A program made the translations under genes and the position numbers. A stretch of 29,714 nucleotides of DNA from a virus (Duplodnaviria > Caudoviricetes), in IMG/VR virus record IMGVR_UViG_3300046779_001063, positions 1 through 29,714 of that record; one strand, 5' to 3'. Shown here piece after piece: positions 18,100 to 26,502 of this stretch (positions within the stretch are counted from its first letter, which is position 1; every line of letters starts with the position of its first letter). The notes under the pieces were generated by a model. It was not told where the DNA came from, made no database searches, and saw only the letters and a program-made list of their open reading frames with translations.

Positions 18100-20876
18100 C
18101 TAACTTTTTGGATGGTTGCCGATAAGTTGCTACCATTTGCTTTCATCACAGACTTGACAATAATGGTATTTGCGTTAACTGAGTTGGCAGTCACGGCGTC
18201 AGTATAGATGACATTAATTGTAGCGGAAGTAGAAGTCACTCCAATAGTCGTGTTCAGAATTGCATAGTTTGTGTTTGTAACTTCTTTAATCGTTGTCGTG
18301 TTTCCTGTGGATAGGTAAATTGTATCGCCTTTCTGCAGGTCATTGATGAAATTAACACTATTGGCATGTCCAAACAATACATTTGATCCTGACAATACAT
18401 TAACTGTATTTTGCAATCTTTTGTGGACATTACTCAATATAATCACATCACCAACATTAATTGTAGAAATCAAATTAGCAGATGCATTGGTGGAAATAAT
18501 TGTATTTGATCCGCCTGCAATATTAAAAGTGTCCAATAATGTATTTACTGAAATCAGTATTGTATTATTGCTTTCGGAAATACTTTCGGAATTTTCATCA
18601 ACTCTAGTGACAAAAGTTTTTGTTCCGATTGGATGAACAATATCGCCCAATGCTTTCTTGAAGTTGTTGTAATCTGTTTTAGAATTGATGATATAAGAGA
18701 AATTGTGATATTTGTCGCCGTCCTGAAGTCTCTTATCTGCACTAATTTGACCATCGGTATTCAAGTAAATACCAGGATATCTAATTAGACCGTTTTCAAA
18801 TTTTGCATTTGCTTTAGCAAGACCATCACCATAGTAAAGTTCGCTTGTCACATTCGCAGAAACTGAACCGTCATCCGATATCAACAATTCATTTGTATCC
18901 AAGGTTCCTTTATAATCAAAGATTCTCAATAAACCTGTTGCAGTTGAATATGAATCGACCTTTGCACTAAATGTGGTATTGACATTCGATGTTCCCTGAT
19001 ATACCACAGTATTTGATACAAAAAGTTGACCTGATGTGACATTAGCAACAGTCAAATCTGCATTTCTCAAAGAAATTGTTGGATTATCAACATAATCATA
19101 ACCGTAACTAACAACACGCAGTTTGGAAATTGAGCCAATCTTACTTGTTGTCAAATTGAACGCTTCGCCATCGCCTGTAATTTCAGAAACTGTGAGTGAT
19201 GCATTTGCACCTGCTACAGTATCAACAGTTACGATAGGTAATGATGTTGGCGAATAACCTTCTCCGCCAATAACATAATCATTAGTCTGATTGAATGAAA
19301 TCGCTTTGATACCATTGTTAGCGTGAACTTCCGTAATGACAGCATTTGCACCATAACCTGTCCCGCCAGTAAATACCAGATATTCTCCAACCTGATAATC
19401 TTCACCAGGATTATTGATTACAATTCTGCCTAGAGAACCCAAGGCTTTAACATCTCTTCTCAAAATTTTATATAACGAAAAAGAAGGAATATCATTACTG
19501 AAAGATTGGGTGAATGTTACTGTGTTCGTTGTTACCGAAGACACAATTCTGGTTGCTTCATATTTGTTCAATATGTAAAGTCTAGCAATATCACCAACTT
19601 CAAAATAATTCGCAAAATTAACGGATGCACTTGTGATAAAATTCGCATCTTTTGCTATGGTTAGACCTGATGCAACAAAAACATCATCTTCATCTTCATT
19701 ATAAAAACTATAAACATCAGTTGTGGGCTTACTTCTATAGCCACCACCTTGACCAGTCAGAGATACAGATGCAATAGGATAAACATTGAATGATTGGTAA
19801 CCAGTAATTGTGCTAATCACATTAGCGTTAATACTAGAAATCGTTGTTGCCATTAAAGTTTCTAATGTTGTTGTGGCAACATTCATTGTTCTATATGTGT
19901 TTGTATCCAACAAACTAATTCTGGCAGTTGCTTCAGTACCAAGTGGTACATTGTCGAAACCTCCGATAAATCTGAAAATCGAAGAGTTTGCTGCCACAGC
20001 AGGATCCCTAAAACCAAAACCACCGTTGGTCACAACAACATCAGTTACACCACCTTTTGTTGTTTCGCCAACATAGGCTATAGCACCAATAGGATTAGCG
20101 GAGTCTGGATTTAGACCGCCAACAATAGTTACTGGATCTCCAGGATAGCCTGTTGTTGCATCATAAGCATTATAAAACAAACCTCTATTCAAAGGATCAA
20201 TTTTTATTTCTGAAAGTGCGCCAATCAATCGACCAGTGACAGTAACATCTAACCCAGTGGTGGAATCTGTATATGTTGCAGTTAAAGTTTCTCCTGTAGT
20301 GAAAAGTCTTTCAACATTGGAAACATATGCTTCAATGTAAACGATACCTAATTGTCTATCAACAGAACGAATAACTTTTTCAACGACAGCAGTTGCTTTG
20401 GATGTTTGTCCTGTCAACAAACATTTTGTAATATTAAAAACATTATTATCGTTGGTATCAATTCGTAGTGCTAAAGGTAAAACCCATTTACCATCAGACG
20501 CTTTTAGAATATCATCTTTTGGATAGTAAATGTCGATGTTTTCGTTATACAATGCACGAAATAGAAACTTAACAGAATCTTGTGTTCCATTAGAGCGATA
20601 AAACTGAGTAACGAGTTTTAGAAATAGTCTTTTATCATCGACAACTTCTTGCGGAAAATATGGTGCTAAATCATTCTTCAACTGATTGATATAAAATGCA
20701 TCGGCAGTATCAATATCAGAGGAATTTCTTAGTGCATCAATCTCATACGAAACTTGATTATTTGTTTCCAACCATTCGTAATACTTTTCTAAAAAAGTTA
20801 CGAATGTTGGATAGTCACTCTTAACAAAGTCAGGTAACTGATTCTTAACGATTGCGGATGTAAGAAGATTTTGCAT
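18096..20876 (-). CDS. gp7: Baseplate wedge initiator gp7-like
   Basis: QLPDFV..DYP.FV.FLE.YYEWLE, FY.S.GT..S..FLFR.LY, YPKDDIL.ASDGKW and LQD...Y..FSY.I...VHP.GT motifs; located between gp6 and gp8. Confidence 0.75.
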   Translation of the reverse strand: MQNLLTSAIVKNQLPDFVKSDYPTFVTFLEKYYEWLETNNQVSYEIDALRNSSDIDTADAFYINQLKNDLAPYFPQEVVDDKRLFLKLVTQFYRSNGTQDSVKFLFRALYNENIDIYYPKDDILKASDGKWVLPLALRIDTNDNNVFNITKCLLTGQTSKATAVVEKVIRSVDRQLGIVYIEAYVSNVERLFTTGETLTATYTDSTTGLDVTVTGRLIGALSEIKIDPLNRGLFYNAYDATTGYPGDPVTIVGGLNPDSANPIGAIAYVGETTKGGVTDVVVTNGGFGFRDPAVAANSSIFRFIGGFDNVPLGTEATARISLLDTNTYRTMNVATTTLETLMATTISSINANVISTITGYQSFNVYPIASVSLTGQGGGYRSKPTTDVYSFYNEDEDDVFVASGLTIAKDANFITSASVNFANYFEVGDIARLYILNKYEATRIVSSVTTNTVTFTQSFSNDIPSFSLYKILRRDVKALGSLGRIVINNPGEDYQVGEYLVFTGGTGYGANAVITEVHANNGIKAISFNQTNDYVIGGEGYSPTSLPIVTVDTVAGANASLTVSEITGDGEAFNLTTSKIGSISKLRVVSYGYDYVDNPTISLRNADLTVANVTSGQLFVSNTVVYQGTSNVNTTFSAKVDSYSTATGLLRIFDYKGTLDTNELLISDDGSVSANVTSELYYGDGLAKANAKFENGLIRYPGIYLNTDGQISADKRLQDGDKYHNFSYIINSKTDYNNFKKALGDIVHPIGTKTFVTRVDENSESISESNNTILISVNTLLDTFNIAGGSNTIISTNASANLISTINVGDVIILSNVHKRLQNTVNVLSGSNVLFGHANSVNFINDLQKGDTIYLSTGNTTTIKEVTNTNYAILNTTIGVTSTSATINVIYTDAVTANSVNANTIIVKSVMKANGSNLSATIQKVR

Positions 20877-22948
20877 TAAATTTGAATAGTCTTAACTGTG
20901 ATACTTGTTGGGTCTTCTACATCAAGCACCAACATTTTGTTCAACTTAGATTGAATGATGTTGACAGTAGGAATTATATGTAAAGATATATCTCCAAAAT
21001 CGTTATTGACAGCAGTTGGAGAAAAATCATTAATGTATATCTTACCTAATTTATAATCAATTGTTCCAGCAACTCCGTTGTTTTTGGATTGATTAATAAC
21101 AACTTTCGTGCTTTGACTACTCACTTCATCAGTTTTATAGTAAGAGATTCTTAATTGACCATAACGACCTTCTAGAACGGCAGTTGCTTCCGCTAATGTT
21201 CCTCCACCACCAGTAATACGAACAGCAGCCGTAGTATAACCAATACCAGGTGTTAATACTGTAACGCTAGATAGTTTTCCGTTTACGATATTTGCAACGG
21301 CAGTAGCACCAGTTCCATCTCCAATAATTTCCACAGTAGGAGTAGATGTGTAGTTGTATCCAGGAATAGTTACAGAGATAGATTCAACACCTGTAAAAGA
21401 TGAAGGAATTTCCTCAAAGAAACATTGACGAGATACACCAGTTTCATCTACCATAGTAAAGTCGGGCGATGAATAGAAACTATCATTTGTGCTTCCGCGT
21501 TTAATTTCAAATCCAAAATCTAAAACATAGTTATCAGATGAACCCAAAACTGGTCTGAATTTTTTCGCAACGAACAATTCAATTTCGTTAGAAACAATCG
21601 CACTAGAATACGCATCAACGGCTGTTTCCAATCCAGAATATTTAAAATAGGAATTGAATTTGTTCAAATTTGTATTTGAGTAATTTGTGATTACGGTTGA
21701 TATTGCAGATTTCAATTCATTGTCGGAAAGTGTAGTTTTTGTCTTATCGTAATAAACTGTGGAATTTATTTTCAGATAATTATAATCAACATCAACAATT
21801 TCAGGAGTAATCGTCAACATACTGATTGGTTTCAGAATGTTTTGTTTTACATAATCTTTCTCAGTTTGCGTAATTTCGAAACCAAGTTTTGGTTTTGCAG
21901 AAACGAAAACTTTACCATAAACTGGTGGACTCTGCTCTTCACCACCCCAAACATTTACTGCATCAAAAGATGGATATTTTTGCTGAATCAATCTTATGTA
22001 ATCATTTTTTGTGATTGCACGATTTTGTGATAATAGCGATAATGGTGCCGCATATTTGATTTCATCAACAGTTTCACGCAATGCTCCACCAGCAGCCGCT
22101 GAAATAGGATCAACTGTAATGTTACTGAAACCACTTAGTGTAGAAGTTGCGACAAAATTATTCGCTTTATTGGCTGCCGTAGCGTTTGTTGTTAGATAAC
22201 CTAAAGAAACTACCGATCCATCCGCTAATGTTTTACCAATAACACCATCACCAAAATATACTTCATACTTTCCATCATTACCTTCTTGTAAGAAATAAAC
22301 TTCGGAAGTAGATGTTACCGATAGTGCATCATCAGATTTTGTATATACTGTAACTTGTGTGTTCGATTCAGATTCACGAACACTAACAGTCAATGTTGAT
22401 GTGTCAATATTGCTATCAGGAATAGTAAAAATTCTTTTTGGATTCGAAGTCACACTATGAACATAATCATATGTTAATGCTTTGCCTTCATAAATTGGCA
22501 GATTATTAAAGATGTATTGTGTGCCGGTTTTTGTTACTGTGACGGATGATTTTGTCACAAAGGTGTATGCTTGATTTTCAATCTGGTTAGAAAGAAAGGT
22601 GTAACCTCTTGGAATAGTCAAACTACCTGCGGTCGCAGAACCTGTCTCAATAACTACACGAACAATTGCTCTCGGTGCAACCGCAGAACGAGGTGTATAT
22701 CCCATAGACTTGGCATGGGATACAACAGAATTTCTCAACATGGCAGTTTCCAGGAACGATTCGTTAGCCACCATATTCAAATAATATGCATTATAATGTG
22801 TATTGTATGCAAGAACATCCAACAAAACACTCATACCAGAACCATCAAAATCATAGTCTTGAAATTCTGTTTGTTGTTTCAAAAATGTTTTTAAGTTGGA
22901 TTTTATTTGGTCAAAATCCAAATCTGTTACGTTTAAGCGGTCAGCCAT
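20876..22948 (-). CDS. gp6: Baseplate wedge subunit gp6
   Basis: LDFDQIKSNLK.FL..Q.EF.DYDFDGSG.SVLLDVLAYNTHYNAYY.NM.ANE.FL.TA..R.SVVSHAK..GY.P.S; YFGDGV.G; QNRA.T..DY; VWGGEE..PP.YGKVF. Confidence 0.95.
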   Translation of the reverse strand: MADRLNVTDLDFDQIKSNLKTFLKQQTEFQDYDFDGSGMSVLLDVLAYNTHYNAYYLNMVANESFLETAMLRNSVVSHAKSMGYTPRSAVAPRAIVRVVIETGSATAGSLTIPRGYTFLSNQIENQAYTFVTKSSVTVTKTGTQYIFNNLPIYEGKALTYDYVHSVTSNPKRIFTIPDSNIDTSTLTVSVRESESNTQVTVYTKSDDALSVTSTSEVYFLQEGNDGKYEVYFGDGVIGKTLADGSVVSLGYLTTNATAANKANNFVATSTLSGFSNITVDPISAAAGGALRETVDEIKYAAPLSLLSQNRAITKNDYIRLIQQKYPSFDAVNVWGGEEQSPPVYGKVFVSAKPKLGFEITQTEKDYVKQNILKPISMLTITPEIVDVDYNYLKINSTVYYDKTKTTLSDNELKSAISTVITNYSNTNLNKFNSYFKYSGLETAVDAYSSAIVSNEIELFVAKKFRPVLGSSDNYVLDFGFEIKRGSTNDSFYSSPDFTMVDETGVSRQCFFEEIPSSFTGVESISVTIPGYNYTSTPTVEIIGDGTGATAVANIVNGKLSSVTVLTPGIGYTTAAVRITGGGGTLAEATAVLEGRYGQLRISYYKTDEVSSQSTKVVINQSKNNGVAGTIDYKLGKIYINDFSPTAVNNDFGDISLHIIPTVNIIQSKLNKMLVLDVEDPTSITVKTIQI

Positions 22949-22949
22949 T

Positions 22950-23354
22950 TTATCTTGCTCGTTCTAAGAAAAATTGTATTGTTATTGGGTCGGTACGATT
23001 AACTATGTAAAATTCCATACCAACATTAAATGAGTTATTATCGAAATCCGGCTTTACGGTTATGGACTGAATACTAACTCTAGGCTCAAAATTTGTTATT
23101 GTCTGCAAAATTTCACGCTGAATTGCAGACGCAGTAATGTTATCCATGTTCTCAAACAATAATTTTTGGACATTTGATCCGATATCCGGCTGAAATGGTC
23201 TTTCATAGTGATTTGTCAAAATCAGATTTTTGATTGAATTGACCACCGCCATTTCGTTAACGACTTTGTTAACGTCCTTCTTTACCGGATGCTTAGTGAA
23301 ATTTAAGTCCAGGTCTTTGTATTGTCTTACGACATTTGCGTTTATTACTGCCAT
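22950..23354 (-). CDS. gp25: Baseplate wedge subunit gp25
   Basis: YKDLDLNF..HP, AV.NSIKNLILT...ERPFQP..GS....LFE and I.NFEPRV motifs; directly upstream of gp6. Confidence 0.93.
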   Translation of the reverse strand: MAVINANVVRQYKDLDLNFTKHPVKKDVNKVVNEMAVVNSIKNLILTNHYERPFQPDIGSNVQKLLFENMDNITASAIQREILQTITNFEPRVSIQSITVKPDFDNNSFNVGMEFYIVNRTDPITIQFFLERAR

Positions 23355-23358
23355 CTGT

Positions 23359-23365
23359 TATTTAT
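23359..23365 (-). promoter_or_regulatory. T4-like late promoter motif ATAAATA
   Basis: Minus strand TAATAAATAACAGATG; motif ends 4 nt before the gp25 ATG. Confidence 0.55.
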
Positions 23366-24189
23366 TAGGTATTTGCCAGATTATTTACCAGAGCATCAGT
23401 TCCAATCAAATTATTTACAAGATACAATTGTGTGTTTCCTAGATTGTTAAAACGATCCAGTTCCAGATAGTCATTTACGACTTGGACAGAATTTGCGTAA
23501 AAATTCCAGTCATGCGTTCTTCTGGTGTAAATCAAACTATTCGCAGAGTTTAGATCCGATGTAATTGATATTGCCTGAGCCTGTGAAAGATAGCAATTAC
23601 CGTTAGGTCTAACCAAAGAATTTATTGTGATAAAATCATTGTAAATTGTAGTATTGTTTGCTGTCAGGTCATCACCAATAAACAAACTGGTGAAAGAACC
23701 TAGCATTGGAGTTGTATTCGCAACATCATCCGTGGTGTTTGTGATTCTCAAAATTTGATGACCGATGGAAACAGCCATATCATAATTCGGAATGATATCT
23801 GTGTTTCCAGTATCAACACCTAGACATGACATGTTATCAGTATGTGACTTAAATGCAGACAATTGAATAATATAGTTGTTTGCCGCATCCGATAGTTGTT
23901 GCACATAAGTCAAATTGGAAATCAGAGGAAATGTATTTGCTGGATCATTTACTGCAATCGCACGAATTGCTGTGGTGTTTGCAGTCAAAGATGCACACAC
24001 ATTCGCATGTGGATTTTTGAAATAGTCTGACCTAACAATAGGACCTGATGCCAACTCTGTTACTTGCCAGTCAGGAATTACTGTTGGTGCGGCATTTAAT
24101 GTTTTTATTGCACCAGCAGTTAAATACTGTGCATCACCAAATGCATCAGTATCAAAATTGAATCCTAATCTGCCAAATACACTACTCAT
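23365..24189 (-). CDS. Hypothetical protein, probably virion-associated
   Basis: 274-aa ORF with a GGAG SD, N/T/A-rich composition like neighbouring structural genes; no family recognised. Confidence 0.75.
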   Translation of the reverse strand: MSSVFGRLGFNFDTDAFGDAQYLTAGAIKTLNAAPTVIPDWQVTELASGPIVRSDYFKNPHANVCASLTANTTAIRAIAVNDPANTFPLISNLTYVQQLSDAANNYIIQLSAFKSHTDNMSCLGVDTGNTDIIPNYDMAVSIGHQILRITNTTDDVANTTPMLGSFTSLFIGDDLTANNTTIYNDFITINSLVRPNGNCYLSQAQAISITSDLNSANSLIYTRRTHDWNFYANSVQVVNDYLELDRFNNLGNTQLYLVNNLIGTDALVNNLANT

Positions 24190-24211
24190 AATAACTCCGT
24201 AAAATATTTCA

Positions 24212-24218
24212 TATTTAT
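24212..24218 (-). promoter_or_regulatory. T4-like late promoter motif ATAAATA
   Basis: TAATAAATAT overlaps the gp5C stop codon, followed by GGAG (24195-24198) and the ATG at 24189. Confidence 0.6.
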
Positions 24219-25024
24219 TACATCAATACAGTAGGAATTCCTGTTGGACCTTTTGGTGTAGGATGAATGTGTGTATTGTGTTTCAAACGAATCGCTTCCA
24301 TAGGACCACGAACATCCTTAACAACAATACCACTAATCAATGGTGCAGTCACACTTGTTGTTGCAGTAATAACACCTGGACCAAATGCAGAGGGAAATCC
24401 AGCAGAGATTCCGCCTAATGTGGAAATGCCCGCAACTGGATTTGCTGAACCTGCGACACCAGCATGAATACCTGTTCCAGCAGTTACTGCACCTCGTGAG
24501 AATACAGATTCGCCAGCAATACCGCCATCAACATCCAAATCACTTAAAATATCTACTGTTCCGGCGGCACGAATGGTGTATGTTCCTACTGCGCCACCAA
24601 CGTTAACATCAATATCACCACCAGAGGTTTGTTTGATTTCTTTTTGAACAAACTGCTCAAAATTACCTTGAATTTCTTGATAGTAATTTCCTGAGATTCT
24701 CTCAATCTTATCACCCTTAATATTCACAATAGAGTTGCCCTCAATCGTAATATTACAAACACCTTTAATCAACACATTGTTATTAGCCTCGACAATCTCA
24801 TAATTGTCACGGACTATTTTGTTAACACGAGAGCCGTCGGCCTGTATCTCTGTGAATGTTCCTGTTCTATGTTGTGTTCGAACACGCTCTGCGCCTGGTG
24901 TGTCATCCCATTCCTGAAAATGACCAGATTCGGTTTCATGCACCTGATTATATGGATACTTTGCCGCATAATCCGAAGATGGTTGTGTCCAAGAGTATTG
25001 GCTAGGTTGTTTGATTTTTGCCAT
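24218..25024 (-). CDS. gp5: Central spike, gp5 C-terminal beta-helix part, with HxH tip motif
   Basis: YPYNQVHETESGHFQEWDDTPGAERVR..HRTGTFTE matches the start of the T4 gp5 C-terminal region; 8-residue [IV].G[ND] repeats (IKGV, IEGN, IKGD, ISGN, IQGN); ends HNTHIHP...GPTG.P. Confidence 0.88.
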   Translation of the reverse strand: MAKIKQPSQYSWTQPSSDYAAKYPYNQVHETESGHFQEWDDTPGAERVRTQHRTGTFTEIQADGSRVNKIVRDNYEIVEANNNVLIKGVCNITIEGNSIVNIKGDKIERISGNYYQEIQGNFEQFVQKEIKQTSGGDIDVNVGGAVGTYTIRAAGTVDILSDLDVDGGIAGESVFSRGAVTAGTGIHAGVAGSANPVAGISTLGGISAGFPSAFGPGVITATTSVTAPLISGIVVKDVRGPMEAIRLKHNTHIHPTPKGPTGIPTVLM

Positions 25025-26502
25025 TACATTATCGCTTTCGAATAACTTGTTTCATCATGTTTCTGTGAATCTGGAAACAAACCAGCAATCAAAGATTCCC
25101 TTTCGGCAGCAGATAATGTGCTAGGATTAGTTAGAGAACCTATAATTTGTGCTGGCGCAGAATATAACTTAACTGCTTCGGTTGTCAAATTTTTTAATTC
25201 GTTTAGAGTTTCTTTTGTTGCTTGTGAAATTTGTGAAAATTCACCACCAGTACCAACAGAAAAATCTCCAACGATGAGTGCCAAACCTCTAGCAATTTCA
25301 GCATATGCTTCAGATAAACATTTCTTGAATATAGCCAAAAGTTGTTCTGGTAAACTCAAAATATATTCAATAATGGCTTTGATTTGTTGGACATATGTAT
25401 TAAACAGTTCGACATAATCATTAATTTCTTTTATGATTTTTGTGATACGATTTAGTAATTTACCAAGAGATTTAATGTATTCAGCAATCGCAGATGAGCC
25501 AGGAGAAGTTCCAAATCCAGCAAGCAATGCTTTGATACCAGCACGAATCGCTTGTGCAATTTGACCAGTTGCAATTCTGGCTGCAGCCATAGACTGACGA
25601 ATATAAGGTGTAACATCACATGCATGAGCCAGATTCTTATCTGATAGTTCAATACCAGTGTTAGTAATAACACCTCGTGCTAATGCGGGTAAACTAGGCT
25701 CGTCTTTTCTGTCCGTAACTACACCTTCAGGTGTGGCAGGTCTGGTATCAACTTCAGCATATGTTGCAACATCACAGAAACCTAATGGAGTTGCACGATT
25801 CAATCCTATTTTCAATTGTGAAATTTCACTTTGAAGTTGATTCACCACTGCTTTTTGTTTTTCAATTTCTGATGAAGATGCTGTAGTATAACTTGCAAGT
25901 TTTGCTTTCTCAGCATTCAATTCTGTCAATGCTGTGTTTGCGGCTTCAACTGCTTGTTGATAAATGTTATACAACAAAGTTTGATTTACAGTCTCGGCAA
26001 TCTTATCACGCTTCGCCACCGCGGCATCATATGCGGCTTGTTTTTGGTTGACTACAGTTTGTTGTGCGGCTCGTTTTTGTTTTAATGTTGCATCATTTTG
26101 ACCAGCCAACATTCCATTAAGTTTATTAGTTTCTACAACTAATTGTGCTTCCAGTGCCGCCAATACTTGTGTTGCACCAGTTGGTGTTTTAGGTGTTTTA
26201 GACACAACACCAGGAATTACACCAGTGATTAGAGGTTGTTGACCTGCATATCCATCAAGAAAGAATCCATGAACCCAGTCGCCTTCTTTGGGCAAAGAAA
26301 CATTTCTTGAACCATTAACTGGCAATGAAATTAACGCCCAAGGTAAGTCCTCTGTTGGAAGCAAGTTTGTGTTTTCATCGTGCCAGCCAATAATGCGTAC
26401 CTGCAAACGACCAACTTTAGCCGGATCTTTTTTGCCTTCAATAACACCAACGAACCATACTTGTCCGTTTCTGCCAGCAAAATCTCTTTGTGGACCACTC
26501 AT
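25024..26502 (-). CDS. gp5: gp5 N-terminal OB-fold protein with coiled-coil and helical extension; no lysozyme domain
   Basis: WFVGVIE...DP...GR..VRI.GWH......LPT.DLPWA and P.EG.WV.GFFLDG...QQP.I.G.IPG are characteristic of the Gp5 OB-fold; the rest is predicted helical. Confidence 0.85.
   Translation of the reverse strand: MSGPQRDFAGRNGQVWFVGVIEGKKDPAKVGRLQVRIIGWHDENTNLLPTEDLPWALISLPVNGSRNVSLPKEGDWVHGFFLDGYAGQQPLITGVIPGVVSKTPKTPTGATQVLAALEAQLVVETNKLNGMLAGQNDATLKQKRAAQQTVVNQKQAAYDAAVAKRDKIAETVNQTLLYNIYQQAVEAANTALTELNAEKAKLASYTTASSSEIEKQKAVVNQLQSEISQLKIGLNRATPLGFCDVATYAEVDTRPATPEGVVTDRKDEPSLPALARGVITNTGIELSDKNLAHACDVTPYIRQSMAAARIATGQIAQAIRAGIKALLAGFGTSPGSSAIAEYIKSLGKLLNRITKIIKEINDYVELFNTYVQQIKAIIEYILSLPEQLLAIFKKCLSEAYAEIARGLALIVGDFSVGTGGEFSQISQATKETLNELKNLTTEAVKLYSAPAQIIGSLTNPSTLSAAERESLIAGLFPDSQKHDETSYSKAIM

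Noticed and set aside
10551-20876. Inteins, introns or homing endonucleases in the large structural genes
   Set aside because: The reading frames are continuous and no intein splice-junction, LAGLIDADG, HNH or GIY-YIG motifs were recognised.
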